Origin: a virus
Lineage: Duplodnaviria; Caudoviricetes
Length of the DNA: 64,000 nt
IMG/VR virus record: IMGVR_UViG_3300033072_001172
Coordinates: 32,001 to 96,000 of that record
Reading direction: 5' to 3' (one strand)
Positions 26,079-33,227 of this stretch are shown one piece after another. The notes beneath the pieces are model-generated. The model made no database searches. It was given only the letters and a program-made list of their open reading frames with translations, and was not told where the DNA came from. The translations under genes were made by a program, and so were the position numbers. How positions within the stretch are numbered: position 1 is the stretch's first letter; each line of letters begins with the position of its first letter.

Positions 26079-26675
26079 ATGCCTCAGATCAACGACACGA
26101 CGGGGAACCAGAAGACTTCGACCGTTCTCCGCATCGACAACAAGGTCGAGAACTTTGAACGGTTCACGATCCCTCGCGGCACCGTGGACATCATCGAAGG
26201 TGGCCTCATGGTGCGCAATGCCGCCGGCAAGGCTGCCAAGCCCAACACCGGTGGCGGCAACGTGGTGGACAACAACGTCTACCTGAACTTCGCCAATCCC
26301 AGCGGTGGCAGCGCCTATGACCGCCAGACCATCAACGATGTTGGTGGTGTGGTGATCGGCACCGACCTGGAGAGCGGCGGCTACGTGGGCATCGGCGGTG
26401 CCGGCGTCCGCCTGGGCCTGCCCCTGACCGAACGTTTCTTCGTCAAGGCCGACCTGGCGACCATCGCTGTCCCGGGCTGCAAACTGATCCTGCGCCGTGA
26501 GACTGACGGCGCCGCGGAACGCACCGGCGAGATCAAGCTGGGTGGTGTGGCCCGTGGCTCGGCGCTGCCGGCCGCCGGCGCCAACGAAGGCGCACTGTGC
26601 TTCGGCATCGTGGACCAGGTTGACGGCAACGTGGTCTTCTTCCTCTTCTCCAACCAGGGCTACGTCACCGCTTAG
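26079..26675 (+). CDS. Putative head decoration/cement protein
   Basis: AGGAG RBS; Gly-rich beta protein immediately upstream of the MCP; highly biased codons. Confidence 0.6.
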   Translation: MPQINDTTGNQKTSTVLRIDNKVENFERFTIPRGTVDIIEGGLMVRNAAGKAAKPNTGGGNVVDNNVYLNFANPSGGSAYDRQTINDVGGVVIGTDLESGGYVGIGGAGVRLGLPLTERFFVKADLATIAVPGCKLILRRETDGAAERTGEIKLGGVARGSALPAAGANEGALCFGIVDQVDGNVVFFLFSNQGYVTA

Positions 26676-26698
26676 TAGCCCCTGAGCACGCTTTTGCA

Positions 26699-26730
26699 TC
26701 CCGGGTGGTGCTGTGTGGTACCACCCGGGA
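26699..26730 (+). other. Hairpin in the 159-nt leader of the major capsid gene
   Basis: TCCCGGGTGGTGC-tgtgtg-GTACCACCCGGGA. Confidence 0.7.
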
Positions 26731-26834
26731 GTCAGACCCCAAAAGACAGCACCTACGAAACAAGCAGGTAAACGCAACCAAAACTCAATCCTGTCCTGCA
26801 GTCCACGACAGGTGTCCATACAGGAGACATACCA

Positions 26835-27995
26835 ATGAGTCTGGCCATGGCAGACCTGCAGAGCCAGGAGTTCAACGAACTCTTCATCGACTCCGTGAAT
26901 TACGGAGGCGAGGCGCTGGAAAAGACGTCGGCGGCGATCGGCGACTACATCCAGCAGAAGATCCGCGAACAGGGCTTTGCACGCAAGATCCTCGAATTCG
27001 GCACCGTGACCGAACGCGACCCGCAGATGCAGCGCGACCCCAACGGTGTCCACGACGAGCTGGAGTACGTGGTGCCGCTGGAACCCGACACTGTCGCCCA
27101 GCGCATCGCCGTCCGCGGTGAACCCGACAAGACCTGGATCCAGGGCAAGCGCTTCCCGATCCGGTTCTACGACGTCAGCACCGATGAGTTCAACAAGACC
27201 GAACAGGAGCTGCTGGCCCACCTGGAACCGGTCCTGAAGATCATCGAGCAGAACAGCCTGAAGGACCTGCAGGAACAGGAAGACATCAGCTTCCTGGACC
27301 ACGCCAAGGCCTCGGCCTTCCTGGCCACCTGGCGCCTGAACCAGGCCGACCGCCTGAGCGGTGGTCTGACTGGCTTCAGCACCGGTGAAGGCAGCCTGGT
27401 CGACGCCTTCTTCAAGGGCACGACCACGGTTCCGCCCATTGCCAACCCGGTGACCAGCAACATCATCATGAGCCCCAACACCTACTGGCGCCGCGAGACC
27501 GTCGCGGACCTGGCCCAGGTGATGGCGAACCGCCAGCTGCAGCTGCGGGTCATCCTGATGCACGAAGCGACGTACGTCGACGCCCTGCGCTGGTTCGCGG
27601 ATGAAATCGGTTATGGGATCGCAGAAAAGATCACCGTGGACGGTTACCGTGAAGCCAAGGTCGGCGGCTACACAATCATCACCACGATCAAGACCAACCC
27701 GAAGCTGGTCCGCCCTGGCCATATCTACGGGTTCTGCGACAAGTCGGCCCTGGGCAAGTTCCTGCAGCTGATCGCACCGAAGTTCTGGATTAACAAGCGG
27801 GCAAATGTCATCACCATGCGCGGCTGGGAAACCGTTGGTGCCGGCATCGGCAACGTCAACGGCTGCGCCCTGCTGATGCTGGCAGGCAGCGAAACGCTGG
27901 ACGTGCGTGTGCCCACTTCGGTGTACGCCACCGGCGTGATCAAGCTGTACCCGGAAGGTGTCGACCGCACCGCGGGCGCCGACCCCGACGCGTAG
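26835..27995 (+). CDS. Major capsid protein (HK97 fold)
   Basis: 386 aa; AGGAG RBS; very strong codon bias; KIREQGFARKIL and DLQEQEDISFL; followed by a terminator; expected position after protease and scaffold genes. Confidence 0.85.
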   Translation: MSLAMADLQSQEFNELFIDSVNYGGEALEKTSAAIGDYIQQKIREQGFARKILEFGTVTERDPQMQRDPNGVHDELEYVVPLEPDTVAQRIAVRGEPDKTWIQGKRFPIRFYDVSTDEFNKTEQELLAHLEPVLKIIEQNSLKDLQEQEDISFLDHAKASAFLATWRLNQADRLSGGLTGFSTGEGSLVDAFFKGTTTVPPIANPVTSNIIMSPNTYWRRETVADLAQVMANRQLQLRVILMHEATYVDALRWFADEIGYGIAEKITVDGYREAKVGGYTIITTIKTNPKLVRPGHIYGFCDKSALGKFLQLIAPKFWINKRANVITMRGWETVGAGIGNVNGCALLMLAGSETLDVRVPTSVYATGVIKLYPEGVDRTAGADPDA

Positions 27996-28013
27996 TCGTC
28001 AAGGCCTACACCC

Positions 28014-28048
28014 ACAGGGCCCTCTTTCCGGAGGGCCCTGTTTGTTTT
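28014..28048 (+). terminator. Intrinsic terminator after the MCP
   Basis: ACAGGGCCCTC-tttccg-GAGGGCCCTGT followed by TTGTTTT. Confidence 0.85.
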
Positions 28049-28099
28049 CCGGAGGTCCCTGGGTATGCTGGGCTTATACTTCCAACAGGAGTTTTTGTT

Positions 28100-28852
28100 A
28101 TGAAGACGTTCAACGGTCAGCACATTCGGGCAGTCAAGGATCGTGAACTGGTGGTTGTTCAATCGATTGTTCCGCGGCAGATCCACGTAAAGCTGCCCAT
28201 CGTTGACGGTGGCCGCAGGTCATTCGTGCTGCTGCCGGATCAACATGTGCTGACGACAGGAAAGGGCATGCGCGACGCCGGTCTGCTCAAGGAACGCGAT
28301 CGCAGCGGCGTGGTGGTGTCTGTGCTGCCGGAAGCAGTGGCCGACATGGCAGAGCGGCGCCTCGGCCGCCATGGTGTGGTGGCCCTTGGTGCCGACGACG
28401 CGCGCGCACTGCTTGACATCACGGCGGTGAAGATCGCCGAAGATGACGCGAAAAAGAAAGCCGAAGAAGAGGCCGCGGCCGCGGCGGCCGCCGAGGAAAA
28501 TGCTCGTAGACAGGCCGAGCTGGCTAAGCAGGCCGCTGATCACGAGAAGTTCCTGGAAGATGAGCGCCGGCAGTCCAAAGCCAATTCCACGCTGGAAGAC
28601 GCGATCAAACTGCAGGAGACCGACACTCCCCCGGTGACTCAGGAGGACATGGTGGTCGATGATGCGCCGCCGGAACCCGGCGAACCCGCCGCGGCCACTG
28701 AGGTCGCCGCCGCTGACGACAGTGCTTCTCCGGTTGTGGCGGAGGACGCCGGTGTTCGCGACGACAGTCCAGCGGACCAGACAAAGGAACAGAGCACCCT
28801 GGCGGGCGACACGCAGCCCAAGAAGACAAAACGCCCCAAGAAGCGCGACTAG
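28100..28852 (+). CDS. Hypothetical protein with acidic/Ala-rich C-half
   Basis: AGGAG RBS; 250 aa; KIA, KKA, KQA. Confidence 0.7.
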   Translation: MKTFNGQHIRAVKDRELVVVQSIVPRQIHVKLPIVDGGRRSFVLLPDQHVLTTGKGMRDAGLLKERDRSGVVVSVLPEAVADMAERRLGRHGVVALGADDARALLDITAVKIAEDDAKKKAEEEAAAAAAAEENARRQAELAKQAADHEKFLEDERRQSKANSTLEDAIKLQETDTPPVTQEDMVVDDAPPEPGEPAAATEVAAADDSASPVVAEDAGVRDDSPADQTKEQSTLAGDTQPKKTKRPKKRD

Positions 28853-28861
28853 GAGTAACCA

Positions 28862-29428
28862 ATGCCGGGACCGGAAGGCGAGAAGCCACACATCAACGTG
28901 AGCGACAAGCAGCTCAAGGTGTCGGTGCCGTCATTTTACCCGGTACCCCCGGAGTATTTTGTGGAGGCGCTCAGGTCGTACCTGATGGACGTGCGTAATC
29001 GAAACTTCATGTTCGATCTGGACTACGCACACTCGGATCAGCAGCTCCGCGAGGCCTGGGGGCGTGCCCTGCTGGATTTCAACGAGACGCCGCCCAGGTT
29101 CAGCCGCATCTTCTCGTTCACGGACGCCCCGCGGTACATCCTGCTGAAGAAGGCGGCGTCTGAAGCGCTGTTCTCGCTGATGAATTACATGCAGCGTAAC
29201 GAGACATCGTACCAGGATGGTGAGCAGTCCTTCCAGATCAACCATCAGTGGAAGGCCATTGCGCAGACCGCTAACATGCTCAACGAGGAGTACAAGCAAG
29301 AGCGCATGCGCATCAAGATGGAGATCAACGCGAACCTGGTGTACCTCGGCGCCAACTCTGAGTTCGGTAACTACTTCAGAGAGCTGTCGGCCGGCGGCCC
29401 TGATCCTGGTAACGGCGCCGGTGTGTAG
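28862..29428 (+). CDS. Head-tail adaptor (neck 1)-like protein
   Basis: AGGAG RBS; helical; LRSYLMD..SDQQL..ALLDFNETPP; position after the MCP. Confidence 0.65.
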   Translation: MPGPEGEKPHINVSDKQLKVSVPSFYPVPPEYFVEALRSYLMDVRNRNFMFDLDYAHSDQQLREAWGRALLDFNETPPRFSRIFSFTDAPRYILLKKAASEALFSLMNYMQRNETSYQDGEQSFQINHQWKAIAQTANMLNEEYKQERMRIKMEINANLVYLGANSEFGNYFRELSAGGPDPGNGAGV

Positions 29429-29434
29429 TCTTTT

Positions 29435-29459
29435 GGTGGCTCGGTTCGCCTGAGCCACC
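29435..29459 (+). repeat. 25-nt hairpin GGTGGCTCGGTTCGCCTGAGCCACC, copy 1
   Basis: Identical to the reverse complement of 44947-44971. Confidence 0.9.
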
Positions 29460-29468
29460 GGTGATGAT

Positions 29469-30326
29469 GTGCCCGCAGGACATTCTGTGCTCGACTTTGA
29501 CGAACTGACGGTCAACGGCATCACCGCGAGATCCCTCGTGGTGAACTGGTCGTTCCGTCCCACGGTGGATCTCATCGGGAACTACCGCGTCGATGTCAGC
29601 CGCTCCCTGTCTCCGCAGGATGAGTTCATCGTAATCGCGAAAGGTGTCCGCGCGGACCAGTTCGTGTACGTGGACCAGGATCCCGCGGAGCTCAGCAAGT
29701 GGGCGACCTTGTACTACAAGGTCAGGGTGTATCAGGTGGACTCCACGGGAGCTGAGCTCCCGAACACGGAGTCCACGTCGGTAGCCGTGCGAATGAACCA
29801 GAAGGTGTCCGCACTCGGATTAGCCATCGTGAAAGCCCGTGAGCTGCACTTCCGTCATCTGGAAATCGGCCGGGAATCCCTGGTTTACCGTAAGCGCACC
29901 ACTGGCCAGGCGTGTCCCAATTGCTGGGACCCCGTGGAGGAACGTGTCAAACGACGCGACTGCTCCATCTGCTACGGCACCGGTGTGATCGGCGGGTTTT
30001 ACCCGCCACTGCGGGTACTGATTCAATACCATCCGTCCCGGCGTGCCAACATGGTCGAAGGGTCGATCCGCGAGATTATCTACGTGGACGCGTCCATGGG
30101 GCATTTTCCGGTCGTCAGTCCGCGGGACGTCATCTACGAGATCGGCACTGGTAACTGGTATCTGGTGAACCAGGTCAGCCCGCGTGAACACTTGCGGACG
30201 ATCATCATGCAGCAACTCGTGCTGCGTGTCCTTGACCCGCAAAGCAAGGAGCAGGATCTGGCAGGCCTGACCAAGGATCAGGTCACCTCTGATCTGCACA
30301 CATCCCATTTGATTACGGCGGTCTAA
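29469..30326 (+). CDS. Head closure/neck protein with Fn3-like N-domain and zinc finger
   Basis: Fn3-like pattern (VNWS..YRVDVS..YYKVRV); CPNCWD..CSICYGTG. Confidence 0.65.
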   Translation: MPAGHSVLDFDELTVNGITARSLVVNWSFRPTVDLIGNYRVDVSRSLSPQDEFIVIAKGVRADQFVYVDQDPAELSKWATLYYKVRVYQVDSTGAELPNTESTSVAVRMNQKVSALGLAIVKARELHFRHLEIGRESLVYRKRTTGQACPNCWDPVEERVKRRDCSICYGTGVIGGFYPPLRVLIQYHPSRRANMVEGSIREIIYVDASMGHFPVVSPRDVIYEIGTGNWYLVNQVSPREHLRTIIMQQLVLRVLDPQSKEQDLAGLTKDQVTSDLHTSHLITAV

Positions 30327-30327
30327 C

Positions 30328-30810
30328 GTGCCGGGACCCAAACTAAAAAAGAAGCCACTCGCCATCGTGACTTTCTCGGATGACCCTCCGAAGGAAGTTC
30401 TCGAACGTGTGCGGGCCCAGCTTGAGGCCTCGGTGCGCCAGGCGGCCGACGCCAACACGTCGCCGCTGGCCAAAGACTCGCTGCCAAGATCGATTCACGC
30501 CACCGTCCTCAACGACAACACGATTGTCATCGACTCGGACAAAACCTGGGCCAAGTACGTCGATGAGGGCACGAGCGGGGCAACATTGTTTTCGTTGATA
30601 GGGAAGATCGTTCCTCTAAGATTAAGGTCAGGAGTCACGATCTTCAGGCGGGTGACCTTGGAGGCCATCAGCCGCGGTCGCTGGCGTATACCGCCTCGGG
30701 CCGGGACGCATTTTGTCCAGGAAGGTATGCTGGCCGCCATGGCCAGAGACCCCGCAATAGCACGGTACGGCGCCGATCTTGATGACGACGTCGACGAAAT
30801 CTGGGTTTAG
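30328..30810 (+). CDS. Neck/tail completion protein
   Basis: WAKYVDEGT and W.IP...GTHFV motifs, typical of HK97 gp10-like tail completion proteins. Confidence 0.6.
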   Translation: MPGPKLKKKPLAIVTFSDDPPKEVLERVRAQLEASVRQAADANTSPLAKDSLPRSIHATVLNDNTIVIDSDKTWAKYVDEGTSGATLFSLIGKIVPLRLRSGVTIFRRVTLEAISRGRWRIPPRAGTHFVQEGMLAAMARDPAIARYGADLDDDVDEIWV

Positions 30811-30820
30811 GAGAAGACAC

Positions 30821-31312
30821 ATGTCGGAAAACGTGAAAACTCTGATCGAAAGCATGCGCGCTGCCGTGTCGACCACAAAGACAGCTCGCGAGCGCGTCAA
30901 GACCGCGTCGGTCCAGGACGACTTCGATCGTGGCGACCTTCTGGCCAACACCATCCACCGGATTACCGCTCAGGAAGAAGAGCGCGTGTTCCCGGAGGAA
31001 GTTCGCCAGCGCAAGGAGGCCGCCGAAAAAGCGAACGCGGTCAAGGAAGCTGCCGACGAATCCGCCAACGAGTCCGCCGACGACTCCGCCAAGGAAGTCG
31101 ACGAGAACAAGGCTGGCGAACAGCCGCCGGCCGAGTCGGCCGCGCCCGCCGCAACCGAGACCAAGGAAGCCAGCGTGGAGCTGCCTGGTGCCGCGACACT
31201 GCTGCAGCATCCGCTGGTCCGCAAGGGCTTCGATGACTACATCGAGGAGCACCGTGAAGAAGTGCAGAAACTGGCGGCCGAAATCGTCAGCAACGCATCG
31301 ATCACGGCCTGA
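30821..31312 (+). CDS. Acidic K-x-A-containing protein
   Basis: AGGAG RBS before ATG 30821; KTA x2, KEA x3, KLA. Confidence 0.7.
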   Translation: MSENVKTLIESMRAAVSTTKTARERVKTASVQDDFDRGDLLANTIHRITAQEEERVFPEEVRQRKEAAEKANAVKEAADESANESADDSAKEVDENKAGEQPPAESAAPAATETKEASVELPGAATLLQHPLVRKGFDDYIEEHREEVQKLAAEIVSNASITA

Positions 31313-31351
31313 GCACTCGTGATGTGTCCGTAAGTCCGCCAGGAGCACACC

Positions 31352-31927
31352 GTGGCTATTCGCGTTGTTCGTTACGACATGGATCCGCTCAAGAGCGGAA
31401 AGACACGTGACCGCTGGGACTTCAACCTGCGGCGTGCTTCCGCCCGTTTGGTTCTGAGCGGATCCGTCGCCGGCATGGTGTTGACGATTCAATCACCGGT
31501 AGCCACCGCGCCGGCCATTGTCATCACCGAAGGTGTCGAATGGAACGAAGTCGGCGGCGACGTCATGGCATCGATGTACGCGCTGATCGCGGCGATCGAT
31601 GTGGCTGCCGGAGAACTGCTTCGAGTCAACGGGCGCGTTGAGCTGGTCGCCGGTAACGCCGAGGTCACCCTGGAGGCGCACACGCCCGGTAGCTGGGGCG
31701 AGCAGATTGAACTCGACATTGATGCCGCCGGCGCCAACTTGAGCATCAACGGCAACGCGGGCCCCACCACTGAGCTGCTGACGAACGGCGCAGGGCCCGA
31801 CTCTGCTGTCACGTTTCAGGCGTTCCTCAACGCTCTGCCGGGCACGCCGACGATTGCCGAGATCATCATTGTTCCGTTGACCACGGAAAGTTCATCGTTC
31901 CTGGTGATTTGGGACGACACACCGTAG
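31352..31927 (+). CDS. Virion protein, paralog A
   Basis: AGGAG RBS; shares VRYDxDPLKSGKTRD and PLxTESxSFLVxW with the next gene. Confidence 0.75.
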   Translation: MAIRVVRYDMDPLKSGKTRDRWDFNLRRASARLVLSGSVAGMVLTIQSPVATAPAIVITEGVEWNEVGGDVMASMYALIAAIDVAAGELLRVNGRVELVAGNAEVTLEAHTPGSWGEQIELDIDAAGANLSINGNAGPTTELLTNGAGPDSAVTFQAFLNALPGTPTIAEIIIVPLTTESSSFLVIWDDTP

Positions 31928-31936
31928 GAGTGACCC

Positions 31937-32512
31937 GTGGCGCTGAACTCCGTCCGGTACGACTTTGACCCGCTGAAGAGCGGGAAAACCCGCGACTACA
32001 ACACGTTCAACCTGCAGCCGGCCACGCTGACTCTGCGGGTTACCGGTACCCTGGCCGGCATTTCCATCACGATCAACACACCGCAACGTGTGTTGATGGG
32101 TCTGCCGGCCATCACCGTGGCAGCAGGCGCTGACTTCACCAACGTGGTCGGTGACAGGTTGAAGACATTGACGAACCTGGCCGCTGCGATTCACCGCAAG
32201 ACCGAAGGGGCGTTTCTCCCGGCACCCGCTTACATGGTCGGTGCCAACGCCGAAATGGTCATGGTGGCCGGCCAGCGCGGCAGCTGGGGCGCCGCCATTA
32301 CTTTCGTCCTGGCGGTGTCGGCAAACGCCGGCAACTTGACAGTCAACGGGACCGTCGGCGCCGGCTCCTACACTGGCGTCGAAACCAGCGGGCCTGACGC
32401 CGTGGCTGAGTTCGAGACCTTCCTGAATGGCCTGGGCGTACCTATCGGGAACATCCGTGTGTACCCGCTGTTCACTGAGAGCACGTCGTTTCTCGTTACG
32501 TGGGAGACGTAA
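31937..32512 (+). CDS. Virion protein, paralog B
   Basis: AGGAG RBS; same length (191 aa) and same terminal motifs as the previous gene. Confidence 0.75.
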   Translation: MALNSVRYDFDPLKSGKTRDYNTFNLQPATLTLRVTGTLAGISITINTPQRVLMGLPAITVAAGADFTNVVGDRLKTLTNLAAAIHRKTEGAFLPAPAYMVGANAEMVMVAGQRGSWGAAITFVLAVSANAGNLTVNGTVGAGSYTGVETSGPDAVAEFETFLNGLGVPIGNIRVYPLFTESTSFLVTWET

Positions 32513-33204
32513 TGGCCGACGAGACCCAGCTACCGGCGGCCGTCGCACAGGTTCTGGGCCAAACGGACGCCAACACCAAAGCTGATTTTGTTTCGCATCC
32601 GCGCCGCGTGTTCATTGACGCGCTCAAGACATTTTTTGCCGAACCCAACATGCTGGGTGTGCCGAATCCATATCAGTGGCTTCCTGAGCGCACCAAGTCC
32701 AGGATCGTGATCGCCGCGGAGTACACCGAAGACCAGGCGGTCAAAAATCCCAATCACATGATCCTGGTGAACCGCGGCCCGATCCGGTTCACACGACTGC
32801 ACATGCGCAACCTGCAGCAGGAACGGGTCTCACCGATTTTGCGCAAGCCGGTGGCTCCGCCGGACGGATCCACCCGGCAAGGCCGGCACTACAGCACACT
32901 GTTGCAGACCGACATTCAAATCGTCTGCTTCAGCCACAAACCGGCCGAAGCCGAACAGATAGCGCAAATCGTCACTGTGTGCTGTCTGACGTTTCAGGAC
33001 CGAATCAAGCAACAGGCCGGACTGCACCGTATTGACAACCCGACAGTCGGCAACGAGTCGCCGGTGCAAAGCACTGACGCCCAAATCATGCTGAGCGTGG
33101 TCCCGGTGACCGTACCGATCATGATGCCTTTCTCCTGGCAAGTTTTGCGGGACCCGGAAAACATCAATGTCGAACCTATACTTACCCAAGTAGAGGATTG
33201 CTGA
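32512..33204 (+). CDS. Tail terminator-like protein
   Basis: TAATG coupling; IVCFS..AEAEQIAQIV; immediately before the sheath. Confidence 0.6.
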   Translation: MADETQLPAAVAQVLGQTDANTKADFVSHPRRVFIDALKTFFAEPNMLGVPNPYQWLPERTKSRIVIAAEYTEDQAVKNPNHMILVNRGPIRFTRLHMRNLQQERVSPILRKPVAPPDGSTRQGRHYSTLLQTDIQIVCFSHKPAEAEQIAQIVTVCCLTFQDRIKQQAGLHRIDNPTVGNESPVQSTDAQIMLSVVPVTVPIMMPFSWQVLRDPENINVEPILTQVEDC

Positions 33205-33227
33205 CGATCTTTAGCGAGGACTGACCC

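Noticed and set aside
26676-26834. tRNA or known riboswitch in the intergenic gaps
   Set aside because: No cloverleaf, T-loop or recognisable aptamer consensus
28042-28080. Sigma70-like promoter after the capsid terminator (TATGCT/TATACT)
   Set aside because: No convincing -35 element at proper spacing; cannot be supported by eye
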